A stretch of DNA of 64,000 nt from Podarcis gaigeae. Lineage: Eukaryota. The stretch lies in assembly GCA_964106915.2 (NCBI GenBank), contig OZ066914.1; one strand, given 5' to 3'. This document shows, piece by piece, positions 48,753 to 62,076 of this stretch. Both the position numbers and the translations under genes were made by a program. The number at the start of each line of letters is the position of its first letter. Within the stretch, counting starts at the first letter, position 1. The notes under the pieces are model-generated. The model had not been told where the DNA came from. It searched no databases and saw only the letters and a program-made list of their open reading frames with translations.

Positions 48753-49072
48753 CAATATAACAACATTGGAACCACATGTTAAGGGTCTCTCCAACAGCAG
48801 CACATAGGTTTTGTGGGGAGGCAAAGATTCCCTGGGTAAAAATACTTAGAAAATGAAGTGCCTGCAGCAAGGCGTGAGTCATTGCTGATGGTAGAAAGCT
48901 GATGCTGTTCCTACTGCAAGGAGTTTGGGTCTTATCAGGTGTGGCAAAGTGACCAAGCCCAGAAACTTGCATTAAATATCTGGCAAATTGTGACAATAGA
49001 ATTTTAAAATGAACAAATCATTTAGTTTGTACTGCTCAAAAGGCGTAAGAATTCAGAACTGTATGTCTAAGA

Positions 49073-49570
49073 CAGGGGTCAGCAACCCGCGGCTCCGGAG
49101 CCGCATGTGGCTCTTTTACACCTTTGCCGCGGCTCCGGGGCGGATACTAGCGAGGGGAGGAGCCGCATTGTGCGCTCCGACACTCCCCACTGTGGCAGGC
49201 GCTGTACTGGCTGTGACGTCGCATGGGGGCGGTGTGTGCGTTAGTCACGCACCGTCCCGACGTCACCTTCCCGCCCGCCCGCTACATTGTAAGGGGCATG
49301 TACGCTGGTCACTGCATTGAAAGGGGGCATGTACGCTGGTCACTGTTTTGAAGGGGAGTGAAGAACACACACACACACACACAAAAGGTAACTTGTTAAT
49401 TTAACGTTTATTTCTATGAGGAGGAGTAAATCTGAGGGGTCAAACAAAGAAATAATAAAAAAGTGACAAAAAAGTTATTTTTATAATGACGAGTTTTGCG
49501 GCTCCCAGTTTTTTTTTCTTCCGAAACGGGTCCAAGTGGCTCTTTTTGTCTTAAAGGTTGCAGACCCCTG
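49073..49570 (+). mobile_element. hAT-type non-autonomous element (about 500 bp, CpG-rich)
   Basis: TIR CAGGGGTCAGCAACC / GGTTGCAGACCCCTG. Perfect TSD GTCTAAGA. Internal tandem repeat ggggcatgtacgctggtcactg. Confidence 0.92.
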
Positions 49571-50104
49571 GTCTAAGAGATTCATGCTGCAATCCTAGGC
49601 ACACTTCCTTTTGGAGTGAGCCTTATTAATCCCAAGGGGGCCTTACAGCCAAATAAACATGGACAGAACTGTGCTGTTAGACTTGCATTCAAAATTGTAA
49701 TAAAAATTATTGGGGACTGAGGGGAGGAAGTAACTGAATGGAGGAGGGATACGTTTCTGTGCTATAATTTTTATTGGCATTTTGGATAATGGCTTCACTT
49801 TAAAGATGCAATCGGCTATTTCCGATGTGTGTGACCTTGTATCCCGGAAGAGAATTTAAAACCTTCAACAAATACCAAGGCACTAGTATTGTTCCCATTG
49901 GTGTTATAAGTGATGAGCATTCCATTCATCAGAAAATGTGTGTAAGTTACAGCACCTCCAATTGTACAAATGATAAGATGTATAGGTCGTATCAAACAAA
50001 CCACACAATCCTAACATTCTACTCAGAAGTAAGTTCTATGGAATTCAGTGGGGCTTACTCCCAGGTAAATTGGGTTAGGATTTCAGCCTTAGTCAGACCT
50101 ACTG

Positions 50105-50451
50105 GGGGACGCAGGTGGCGCTGTGGGTTAAAGCCTCAGCGCCTAGGACTTGCCGATCGAAAGGTCAGCGGTTCGAATCCCTGCGGCGGGGTGCACTCCC
50201 GCTGCTCGGTCCCAGCGCCTGCCAACCTAGCAGTTCGAAAGCACCTCTGGGTGCAAGTAGATAAATAGGGACCGCTTACCAGCGGGAAGGTAAACGGCGT
50301 TTCCGTGTGCGGCTCTGGCTCACCAGAGCAGCGATGTCACGCTGGCCACGTGACCCGGAAGCGCTGGCCCCTGGCCTCTTAAGTGAGATGGGCGCACAAT
50401 CTCAGAGTCTGTCAAGACTGGCCCGTACGGGCAGGGGTACCTTTACCTTTA
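50105..50451 (+). mobile_element. Sauria SINE (variant, CpG-rich subfamily)
   Basis: TSD CAGACCTACTG. Diagnostic 3' end gactggcccgtacgggcaggggtacctttacc. Confidence 0.9.
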
Positions 50452-50949
50452 CAGACCTACTGAGATCAATAGTTTATGCTCTGCGTATGGCTTAGTAAGG
50501 AACAACTGTATGGTTGCTTCGACACAGAATTAAAAGGGTGGGGGAATGTGTCAAAAATACTGTTCACTTGCAAGGTTGCATTCAAAAATATTTCAACAAG
50601 TGCCTTCTCTAAAAAAAGTGTAATAACAGCACAATCTGTGCAGGTTTACTCAAAATACAGTATATTCTTCAGAGAGTTGAAGAATACTTACATACTCCCA
50701 AGCAGTACTCCCTAGCTCAGCAGCCTGAGGACAAGAAACCCAACAGCCATCAATCACTTAACACAGACAAAAATAATAAGAGCTTAATGTTATGACAACG
50801 TTTGAAGATTCCTCTTTCACCAAATAAAGATTTTATTTTTGTATTATATATCAATAAAACCTTTTAAAATCCCCTTTGCTTTTAAATCCCAACGATTATA
50901 GTCCTGTGATACTGTAAACCCCCCAGGTTAAAAAAAAAAGGCAACAAAC

Positions 50950-52700
50950 AACCCTGCGACTGACTGAAAGGAGTGAACTCTTAACACGTAACAGCAGCAG
51001 CTTATATAGCATGCAAGCCACGTTACCGGTTGCAACACGCAACCCAAGTAAGGCAGGTAGGTAACAATATACTGCACAGATGCAAGAGAGGACGCCTTTG
51101 CAACAAGCCCCGTATGAGAGCAGCTTTCTCGTGAGCACGGAAAGCAGGAGGGACAAACATAAAAAAAAGCAGCAGCCATGCAAGGCAACATTGATTAAGC
51201 ACTTGTCCGCCAGGCGTTTGCAACTATATTTACCGGATCACTTCCGCGCGGAGGCGGCCTGATCCATGCCCTTTACTCCATCCTACCTCGCCACCCCCAC
51301 CTTTGACTCCAGGTTTGCATTTGTCGATCGCGGGAATGCCAAAGGCCGGGTCTCCCCAGCCTGGCCTGCCCTGCAGTCCTGCTGAGCCCCCTTCCCGCTA
51401 ATTGGTCCCAGATGGTTTTGCCTCTTTCCAAAGCAACAGGAACTTTGGCCACTCGAGGGGGTGGAGGGAAACGGAGGGAGAGAGAAGGAGGGGTGGTGCT
51501 GTTGGAAGCTGCGGGCAGGAACCGAGAGGAGAAGCAACAAAATAAAGGGAAAGGAAGGGGGGGAGGTTGCCACGGTGAGTTGGCCGCGCCCAGTCCACGG
51601 CTTGGCTCGCGCGCTTTGCAGGACGCTCAGCCCAGACCAGACGGCGTGTGTGGAGGGCGAGCGGGAGGAAACGGGCCGAAACTGCGAGGCATCCATTGCA
51701 ACCAACCTGGGAAGCTCCCTCCCTTCCCCCCGCGCGAGCCTGGCTGGCTGCTCCGAGGGAAAGGCGGCCTGAGGCGAGAAATGCGGGAGGCGGGGACTGT
51801 TGCCCGCCTGCTTCCAATGAGCTCATCCTGCCTGGCTGGCGCTGCTGGAAGAGTCCCGCTCGGGACACACACCGAGAGACCCTGAAGCGCCTCGGAGGCG
51901 CTGGACTCCCGGAGAAACGGTAAGCGCACCGGGGAAGAAGATAGGTGGTGGTGGTCGTAGTCCCCCCCCCACTCCCTCCGCCGCATCCCCACACGCGCCT
52001 GCCCTGGGTTTTGCAGAGGGTTTCCCCCGCTTTGGTCTTTTAAAGGACGCTGCAAGAGGAAACAAAAGTGCGAGACGGAAGTTTCTGCCTAGGGAATATG
52101 CATGGGCATGTTTGGCGCAGGAGCCTCGGCTTTCTGCTGCTGCACGAGCTGCTTCTCCCTCGGCGTGAGGGTCTGGCGGGTGGGGGGCACTAGGTGTTGG
52201 TGCTAGAGGAGGTGGGGGAAAGGCTGCCCCCGAGCCACGTCGAAGGCGGTCGTGGGCACCGAGGGCTGGCATAGGCGGCGGGGGAAAGGGCCTGCGAAGG
52301 GGCAAGGGAGAGCCTGGCTGCCACTCGCGAGCAAAGAAAGAGCAGCCCGGGGTCGTGCCTGGGTGGGAGGACAGGGCACGCACCGGGTATCGTGTGAAAC
52401 TGGCGGTCACTCTGAGGGGGAATTGGGAATGTTGTCAGAAGGCCTAAGGTAAGGCTGGTTTCAATGGAGGAGGGTGTTGTCTGGGGCGGCCAGAGCCCTA
52501 AAAAGTGCCGCTGGGTCTGGGAATGTGTTTGTTCGGAAAGTAAAGGGAGGAGTATGTAATGTTTGAGGATGGGTCACCTCACACGTGGTGATGATGTTCA
52601 GGCATGGGCGACGGTTCTCTGTAGGAAAATGGGATACAGTCGGGAGTGACAGACGCGTGTGTGGCCTCTTGCTATAGGTATCCCTGTGGAAAAATAGACG
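50950..52700 (+). promoter_or_regulatory. TANC1: CpG island promoter, probably of TANC1
   Basis: Strong CpG/GC enrichment, ETS-type sites (ACCGGAT and CACTTCCG, about 51232-51246) and reverse CCAAT (ATTGG 51401). The gene identity is inferred only from conserved amniote order PKP4-DAPL1-TANC1. Confidence 0.6.
51560..51919 (+). other. TANC1: Putative non-coding first exon (5' UTR) of TANC1; start coordinate approximate
   Basis: Consensus-like donor AACG|gtaagc at 51919/51920 in the middle of the CpG island. The TSS cannot be fixed from sequence alone. Confidence 0.5.
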
Positions 52701-52981
52701 TGTGTGGATCACACATGGTGCGTGTATTCCTGGACACAGGAGGGATGTCCTGTTATAGTGAAAAACCAGTTTGCATATCTTCTTAATAGTCTTAATTCAG
52801 TGCTGAAATTTGCAAAGATTGTCTGAACATGTGCAGAGTGTCTTTCCTTTCACTAGTTAACATGCAGTCTCAAGACTGCAATGGTTTGTGTGTAGAAAAA
52901 ACCCAAAAAGAAGAAGACAGGGTTAAGGGGCAGGGTCTTAAAATCTGTGAGAGAAGCTTCAGAGCCGAACATTGGTGGCTG

Positions 52982-53120
52982 CAGGGTGTCAACTTGAATA
53001 AAATATGGGAGGGGGAGGTAAGCCCCACCCCACATAATCAATCACATGACACGGTACACACTCCATGCATATCAATTGGGGGGGGGCTGGCCCGTTAGAC
53101 CCTAGGAATTGGCTCCTATG
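52982..53120. mobile_element. hAT-type MITE
   Basis: Perfect TSD GGTGGCTG. Imperfect TIRs CAGGGTGTCAACTT / AATTGGCTCCTATG. Confidence 0.75.
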
Positions 53121-55160
53121 GGTGGCTGGGTTCTGGACTGCCCATCTAACCTGGAGAAAGAATATGGGGTTATCTATCCTCAAAAAATATACATTTGGAG
53201 GAACACAAGCTTGCTGTAGTTGGGGAGCTAATACTAGGTTGCCCAAAGAAGGGAAGTATTAAGTTATTGTACTGCTTAGGAATGGAAATAGTTGAAAATT
53301 TTGTATGGGGAAAAAATTATTGGGGGGAGCTGGGCGCATTTAAAAAAGAATGTCCCGGATAACTTTTGCATGAAAGAAACCTGATGCAAAAATGAGGGCT
53401 TGGTGGGCGTGGAAATATGAGAGACAGAAACTTCATTTTGTGACACATTAACCATTTAGCATTGGTTACATCAAGTGCATGTCATTTGTAATTGAAAGAG
53501 AGAGGTAAAAACAGGGTGTTAGAGTCAGATGACATGTTACTGCCTTGGTTGATTTGTTTCTTAACAATTAGAAGGATTGGGTGTGACAGAAATTCCCAGA
53601 AAAGGGTAGGTAGACTTTTTGGGACATTTTGTAAAAAGGTGTGGGCTGTTAAAAGTTAGTCACCCTCACAGGCTTAGAACTGGTTGGTGGGTTCTCTTTT
53701 CTTCCAGGTCTGATCTAGAAAATTTGCTCTTCTGTGGTGGTGAATAACCCATTTCCTTGAATGATTTGAATGTGTAGTTCTGCTGTAGATTGTCCACCTT
53801 GTTTAATCTTTCCCTGTACTTGTGGCACACAGCTGGGTTGAATAAGATAATTCTGAGGCCTCTTCCAGACCCTATGAGCCTTCTTTGCCTAGTGCTTCAT
53901 CCCTTATTTGTATGGTGTATAAAGATCTCAAGTACCATTGGATAAAACAAGAAGAACATTATTTTATGTGCTGACTTGATTTGTACTTTTCGTAACTCAT
54001 TTTGATCTTTTTTTAAAAAATGGAACATCGCTTCCTGTTTTCTCTGTTTTGCCAGAGGGAAAGGGAGAGGCAGCCTTATCTTGCAGAGGATTTCTTTCCC
54101 AGCCATTCTTGCTTTTTGTTGCACAAACACAAAACTAGTGTTGTTAAATTCTTCTGTGTACATATTCACGATGGAGCATCACACAAGTAGCAACCACTTT
54201 GAAACATAGTAAGAACCACATTTGAAAACTTTTCACAGCCAAATGTGCTTGCGTACCATTAGTAGCCAAGGAGCAGCATGTAACAGGTTATAATCATCCT
54301 TTGCATTTGTGTTTGCACAAGTTGAACCTTTAAAACATTTCCCATCTATTACCTGAGTAATCCTTAAATGAGCTCTTGAAGGGTAGGTTAGTACTGCCTC
54401 TAGTTTTCAGATGAGGGTCTGAGTTGAGCGGAAATGGTTTGTGTGTAAGGCTACCTCATGAATTCATTAGTGAGAGCTTAACAGGAGACTGCAGTTTACA
54501 GCGCAGTCAAAATGGGTTTGCAAACTTTTTTTTGTGGGAACAACATGGGAATGAGTGCTAAACTTCTGGAATTCTAGGAGAATAAAGTTGAAGTGTCTTT
54601 TGCTTCCATGTGTAATATCAAATAAAACCCAAAGATTGCCAGGTAAGAAAATGCCAGCAGAATGGAACAAAGTGCTGTCTGAATGCAGCCTGTGACTAGC
54701 TGTAGTATTAACCTTTGTTACCTGTAGTATTAACCTTTGTAAGGGAATTTTCCCCTGCCTAATGCTGTGTATCACCAGTGATACTAATGGTGCTATCATA
54801 CATAATAGGGCTGTTTTGTGTGTAACTATGACTCTATTCATTGACTTGTCTATGTATACATGCCAATTAAGAGGCAGATAGCCACCAGGGGTGTTTCCTA
54901 ATATTAATTTGTATATGAAGTAAGTGTATCTAAAACTATGAAGTTAATGAAGGTCAGAAGAAGGGGACTGCAATTTACTTAGATTTCCCAAGTTTTGAGG
55001 CTATTTGAGGGGAATTAGTTTTGCTCTTCAACCTGCTGCATCCAAATCTGTTGATACCCAAAGGTTGATCCTAAAACTTAAGATAGTAACCAGGAGGGCA
55101 GGCAACATATTCCTTACCACCATAAACTTGCTAATATTAGGCCGAATACATATCCCAAAA

Positions 55161-55502
55161 GCAGGTGGCTCTGTGGTCCAGACTCTCTTGGGCTTGCCAA
55201 GAAGGTCGGCGGTTCGAATCCCTGCGATGGGGTGAGCTCCTGTTGCTCAGTCCTGCTCCTGCCAACCGAGCAGTTTGAAAGCACGTCAAAGTGCAAGTAG
55301 ATAAATAGGTACCGCTCCGGCGGGAAGGTAAACGGCGTTTCCGTGCGCTACTCTGGTTCGCCAGAAGCGGCTTAGTCATGCTGGCCACATGACCCGGAAG
55401 CTGTAATCCAGCTCCCTCGGCCAGTAAAGCGAGATGAGCGCCGCAACCCCATAGTCGTCTGCGACTGGACCTAACGGTCAGGGATCCCTTTACTTTTACC
55501 TT
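55161..55502 (+). mobile_element. Sauria SINE
   Basis: Typical body. 14-bp TSD TACATATCCCAAAA. Confidence 0.9.
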
Positions 55503-58437
55503 TACATATCCCAAAAAAACCATGTTGAGAAATTTAAATTTCTTTTAGACAACAGTGCAAAATCTGTACAAACTGTCTTATGGATCCAACTGTCGTGGAT
55601 CATTAAACAACACAGTTTGGTGCATAAACCATTCTTCTGTGATACTGATGCAAATTTTCAAATAGCCTTGAAGCTTGAGAAATACCCCTGACTAATTCAG
55701 TGGCCTTTGCTGCTGTCTTCCCATTTCTTTATGCCATGTGACAGCTGGCAAAGCAGCAGCTCAGTAATATATTTGGGAGAAGAAAACTTTGCTGCTTGGC
55801 AAAAGTATTTCTGTTATACCAATAGGATAGTTGACATTTCTTTCTAATAGTAGGGTTCTTTTGATTGCTAGGAGCAAAGGAACTTGCAGTTGCTATGAAG
55901 GTACTCATTATAGTACTCCTAAAATGCTTTACTCAACAAGTCCATTTGAAAAGTCTTGGGAGCAGATTTGACAGTGAACGTCAATTGTTTGCACAGTTTT
56001 CTGTCAGCCAGATGTTTTGTTTGCATTTTTTTAAAACAATAAACCCTAGCATAATATCCAACTTGTAAAGGAAATAAATATGGTATCTTACATCCTTCAG
56101 AACTTCCTCTGAAGAATTGATTGTGATTTTTAAAAAATAACATTATTTCTTCCTTCCATGTACATAACTATGCCGAGTCTTTCCTAACTGCGGAGATTTG
56201 AGTATCAGTGGTGGGGAACTGGGTGTCATGATATTTGTTTAAATCTGTTATCGGAGAGCAAATGGCCAGTTGTGAAAATTGTATGTAGGGCAAGCCTATA
56301 ACTTTGGCAGTGCCTATGGAGCTTTACTTTGCTTGACGTTATAAAGTGCCAGTTGTTCTGCTTTCTTGGTTTAGCTAACCACTGGAATGTCCAAATGATG
56401 ATAAATTAGGTCCACTGCAGAGCCAAAGCATACTTGGTTCTTTTCCAAACTTGCTAACTTCCCATAACTGCCTTTAGGAAAAGAGGCATTTTGTGTCTTT
56501 AACTAGAGTCTTGTACAGTCGATGCCATGGCAACTCCGAATTGGAGGGCATCACTTTAAAGTCAGCTGAGGAATCTGAACTCTTGATGGGTGTGTGTGTG
56601 TGTGTGTGTGTTTAAGATGGAGTTTAATTCAGCATAAATCTCTTCTTTCTGGGTTATATAGGATAAGCCATTTACTAGTCAATAGAGCATGACTTTTTAA
56701 TCTATTTTTAAAAAAACTACGTTTTAAACACTGTTTCACAGGCAATCTAGAAAGGGGAGTACCAAACAAGACGGTCTGTTCCATTAGACTTTTATAGGTG
56801 ATTTTTGTCATTGCAGCTGTGACCAAATGGGAAAACAAACCTTTTGTATATGGCTAGCAGTTATTGTAAAGGTGGGAGAACGTGTATGTTCTAAGGAGCA
56901 TGGGCCAGGGATAGTGTGTATGTTGCGTATTCTGCACAAATATGGACTTTCTGTAGGATTGCCCTGTCATTGCTGGGACTAGAAGGTAAGCGTCTGCCCT
57001 TGTTTCTAGTGTACAGCATTTTACCTTTCATAGAAGTTAGTGACATCTATTTACATATTATCACATATATATTAATAGAGAACTCATCATACAAAGGTCA
57101 ATCCTTGTGTAACCAAAAAGAGCATGATCCATATGCAAATGGGAGGCATTAGCAGGTTTGGCGGAAGCTTAAGGTTTGCAGAAGCACAAAGTATCCTTAG
57201 GAAAAAAAGACCCAAACAGCCCAGTGAGGACTGAGCATGATTCGTAGCCACAAAATGCTAACTATATTCCTGTTGGTTACACACTGCAACTTTTTATTTC
57301 AGGTCCCTCTTGTTGTTTCTTAATTAATTAGTATGCTGTTTGCTGCGTCAATGTGCCCAAAGTGGCTCACAGCAGAAGGAACAACAGTGCAATAATTTGT
57401 TATTGATTGGACCTTTTTATGGATTCTGTAATTTTTTATTGCTTTATTTCATTGATCCCTGCTGTGGGATTAAAATAGTCAAGGAAGAGCAGGTTATAAA
57501 TACTCATAAATAATAAGAAAAACAATTGGATATCAAAGCATCATTCCTATCCCTGTCTTATATGGTATAAAGTAGAGTTAGCCTCCCAATCCTGAACATG
57601 CTAGGGTTAAAATACTTTATGCTGCATGAACAGTGGAGGGGGGTTCATGCCCGCCAAGGTATTTAGCCTGGTGGGACACAGATTTCTTTCCCCTCCGCCA
57701 CTCTGGCATTATCCTGCCCAGAAATGAAGTAAGTTGTTGGCTGCAGAGATCAACTCCCAAGACTAGCTTTAAAGGCATTGCTTGCAGCGTCGTACAGAAA
57801 GCTGATGTTTGTAGGCATCAGCCTAAGGAAGCATAATCATATGCCGTACAGTGTAATATCACATGACGGAGATGTAGTTAGTGGCTTTTGCGTATTATGA
57901 CTGCCTAGTGGGAAGCCTTTCTAATGGTGATCTATGTGGGAAGCACAGCATGCAAAATGAAAAGTTTCTAGTTTTCGTGGTCGTGCATATAATAAGCCTA
58001 TTTGGTCCTTGTTTATTTTATACCCAGGCCTTGGTTCCTAAAATAAGGAAGTTCACAGAAGTAGTAAAGTTTCCTATCCAATGCTCTGCACTGTCGCCCC
58101 CTGAAAATCCTCTCCAGAGGGTCTCAGGACTCCTCCTGGAATGGGTCTGTTGAACTGCCTGAAATCAGGTGTATGTCTTCTCTCTTCCGTGCCCTTTGAT
58201 AGCACCTTCAGAAAAGCTTTTCAAGGAGCTCAAGTGGGGGACGGGGGCACAGGAAATTTTCCTTCTGTGAACTTATTTAACTTACTTTCGGATCTATCCT
58301 TATATGTCTGTGAATTCTGAGAAAGATTGCTTCGTAGTTGGGCTCACTATGTGCTAAAATATCCAGTTGTTACAGAGTGCTGCTCATGGTGCTTATTTAT
58401 TTGGAGTTAACCATTACTGATTATTGTAGGAGACCTA

Positions 58438-58597
58438 CAGGCAACTCCCCGTTTCTTGCAGGGGTTGCATTCCAGGTCAAAGTGCATGTTGGAGGAACAC
58501 GCATAAGCCTGCCCCATTCCACCCTCTTCTGGGTCCAAATGACCTGCGTGTCAGCAGTTGCGCATCAATTGGACGCACCTAAAATGGTTGCCACCCG
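58438..58597. mobile_element. Tc1/mariner-type MITE related to 7415
   Basis: TA + CAGGCAACTCCCC at the left end. Degenerate right end followed by TA. Confidence 0.6.
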
Positions 58598-58851
58598 TAC
58601 TGTGTTCCTGCAGATGATAGGCAGATTTAATACAGGCACTGAATATCAAAATCCTCTTGGTGAAAAATCCTTTTGGTTTCGCCAGGTGCTGAACAAGCGG
58701 CTCATTGCTGAATAATGTGACTTGTTTCATAATTTTAAAAATGGTATTTAGATAACAATGTAACTTACTGTTAATGTTCTGTTCTAAATGGTTGTATGTG
58801 ATTTGTAAGGCAAAAATAGTTAATTGATTAACACCACATAACAGTACTCCA

Positions 58852-58996
58852 TGCTCCAGTAGCGGTTTAGTCATGCTGGCCACATGACTTGGAAATCTGT
58901 CTGTGGACAAACGGCGGCTCCCTCGGCTTGAGGAAGCGCTGTACCCCATAGTTACCTTTGACTGGACTTAACTGTCCAGGGGTCCTTTACCTTTAC
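58852..58996 (+). mobile_element. Sauria SINE 3' fragment (third subfamily)
   Basis: gtcatgctggccacatgac...cctttgactggacttaactgtccaggggtcctttaccttta. Confidence 0.8.
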
Positions 58997-60316
58997 ATGC
59001 CTGTACATGTCTACTCAGAAGTAAATCTAGTTGATTATTCCCAGGTAAGTGGGGATCGTGTTGTAGCTATATTGCATTTCTTTAAAGAAATAGTTAGGAT
59101 AGAAAGTTTATAAATAAATAACCAAAGGCTCCAATCCTAAACACACTTGGGAGTTAGTTTCATTGGTTTCGTTAGTTTACTTCCAAGTAAATATGCATTT
59201 GTGCAGCAAATACCTAAAGCTTTCTGTTGTTTCAATGAAGAGTTCATTTATTAAATTCTATATTTAATACATTTAAGACTTCCTTGAATATATCTAAAAT
59301 ACCTATACTGTATTGTGGTTTTGGTATGAACAAGTTTCAAAGCAGGCGATTTATTCGATTAAACCTTGTTAACTGGTTGACAGCTTTAATAATTTCAGAT
59401 TAATAATGGTCCTCTATAACAGTCCTGCTCTAAGTGTGTGATTTCTCTCCCCTCCAGGCTCTTTATCCCTTTCCGTTTTTTTAATTTGATGGATGCAGCC
59501 CTTTCATCATAAAGTTTTCAATGAAAACACCTGTATCATTACAATATAGAGTGTTCTTTTGTACTGAAGGATTCAATAATCTAAATCATTCGGGTATACT
59601 GGAGTTTTTTAGACAGTAATCCTGTGTTCAGATGGTCCATGAAAAGGAACAATACTTTTTTTTCTAAGGAAGGAGGCAGTTTTGATCAGGGATAGATTAT
59701 CAAACAGGATAAAGGTCTTGTGGTTTTTATATTATGAAACTGGTACAGTCTCCAAATTCTCCCCTAAAATTTTATTAGGAGAAGGGCTTTCAATTCCAGC
59801 TGGCTTAGGGCCAATGATTTTAATAATGTGGCACTAGTTTTGACAATGATGTTAGTGCTGAAGGAAGAAATGTTATTAAAATGTGATTTATGTATGTCCT
59901 TTGGTTTGTAGAACAACAAAGCTTATTAAGTGGTCTGCCAAGACCACAGCAATTTTCAAGTGATCTGTGTGTTTGTGTGGTGATGGGGAGTTTGAGAGCC
60001 ATGGCTGGACACTCTGAAAGGTCCAACATAAAGCATACCAATGTGTGGAGGAATTGCAAAACAGAGGTCACAGAGAAATCCTATATTAGCATTATGCTGG
60101 AACTGGAGATAAGCTAATGTTATCTATGCTAGCATAACGACTGCCATATCCCCTCCTTTTCCAGTCTGGAAGGGGAAGCCAATACCTTAAGGAATTGTTG
60201 TTAAAATGTCATTGGAAGTGAGGATTGTTCCATCACTGATGCCAGTATGCAAACCCACACATGAAAGGAGTCAATGAAGGCATGAAATGTGCCCCCCAGG
60301 ATGCACCCCTACATCA

Positions 60317-60700
60317 GTAAAGGTAAAAGATAAAGGAGCCCTGGATGGTTAAGTCCAGTCAAAGGCAACTATGGGATGTGGCGCTCATCTCGCTTTGCAG
60401 ACCGAGGGAGCCGGCGTTTATCCACAGGCAGGTCAGGTCATGTGGCCAGCAAGACTAAACAGCTTCTGGCGCAACGGGACACCGAGACGGAAGCCAGAGC
60501 GCACAGAAACACCATTTACCTTCCTGCCACAGCAGTACTGCTTTATCTACTTGCACTGGTGTGCTTTTGAACTGCTAGGTTGGTAGAAGCTGGGACAGAG
60601 CAATGGGAGCTCACCACTGTCGCAGGGATTCAAACCACTGACCTTCCAATCAGCAAGCCCAGGAGGCTGAGTGGTTTAGATCACAGTGCCACCCGTGTTA
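60317..60700 (-). mobile_element. Sauria SINE (third subfamily)
   Basis: TSD CCTACATCA. 3' end has the cctttgactggacttaaccatccaggg variant. Confidence 0.88.
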
Positions 60701-61692
60701 CCTACATCAACATGCATACAACAGACAAGACAACAGTGCCTCCATTCCAGCCCACTCAGTGTCACAATCAGTAATGACCCTGCTACTGCCCAGGTATTCC
60801 TCCAGGTGAGGGTTCACAGTCCCTTATCCAACACTCAAGCACTTTCTACAGTGGCTCAACAGACAGCAGAGGAACCAGTGCTATATTAGGGCCCTTTCAT
60901 CTGTTGTACAACTCATGCAGCCTGTAAAGTACCAGAGCCTGTCTGGAGCAGATAGGTTTTCAACACCACGGAGGTACAGGTGTGAACAACATCCCCACTG
61001 CGGCTGGTGACAGGATGGGTCTCCCTCCTAGTTGGCATAGAACTTGGTGTGGGATAAATCTTGTGTGTGATCATAGATTGAAGGTGCATTGGATTTGGTG
61101 TAAATGTACTCTTGTCCTGGGCTGCCCATGTCCCGTTTCAGCCATTCTGCCAGCATATATAATGTATTTTGTTGGTGTATGTTTCGTGACATCAGCTTAT
61201 CTGGCATTCTGGGGCTTCTGCCAAATCCTGCAGCCCCTCAACCAGCGGAACTTCAGTACAAAATTGCACCTTTATGTGAGTGATGACACAAAATGTTGTG
61301 ACAGGTTATCTGTTCTTCTGGGCTGATTCAGAAGAGAGAGAAAAAACCCTGTATCCTCCCCTCCCCCAATTGATCTGCTTATCTCAGAATTTTATAGTCA
61401 TAGCTTACTATAACAGCCTGCACATTCTGATTTTCTCTTTCACAGTTTTGACAGGCTCTTGAAAATCATGCATTGCAATTTTACATTTTTTATATTGGCT
61501 GCCTAAATAGCCAAATATAAGTAATTTCTTTATAGTGATTTCCCCACTTATAGACTAATCTGTTCTCTGGCACTGCAGATATTTGTGAAATATGCTATAC
61601 TTTGGCTTGGTGACATCATAATGCAGCAATTGGCGCATGTCCCCTTGGTATCCCTATGTAATTTTAAAGTAATCATAACCCCGACCCCAGTA

Positions 61693-61898
61693 GAGTGGTA
61701 CCTCGGGTTACAAACACCTCGGTTTACAGACTCCACTAACCCAGAAATAGTACCTTGGGTTAAGAACTTTGCTTCAGGATGAGAACAGAAATTGTGCAGT
61801 GGCGGCGCAGTGGCAGCAGGAGGCCCCATTAGCTAAAGTGGTGCTTCAGGTTAAGAACAGTTTCAGGTTAAGAACGGACCTCCGGAACAAATTAAGTA
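61693..61898 (+). mobile_element. Tc1/mariner MITE lacking the right TIR
   Basis: Same body as 20233. Stops at ...aattaagta. Confidence 0.85.
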
Positions 61899-62076
61899 GC
61901 TGTGTAGCTGTGATCTCAGAAATGGTTGTGGCTGTGTGTGTGTATAAGTGTTGGGTTCATATTAAAGCTTCTCCGTGTGGGTGCACAATTTTGTGGAGAA
62001 ATTAAAGATCACTTATTTGTGCAAACCGGCCCTACTAAACTGTCTACCAGATCAAGAGAATATTCCCTATTGTTAA

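Noticed and set aside
51283-52452. Many overlapping 100-198 aa ORFs on both strands
   Set aside because: GC-rich CpG island depleted of stop codons. Low-complexity peptides with no recognisable domain.
53692-53745. Strong splice acceptor (ttctcttttcttccag|g) as a possible second TANC1 UTR exon; similar acceptors near 57302, 59457 and 61445
   Set aside because: No convincing donor or coding match, so it cannot be separated from intronic decoys without RNA-seq.
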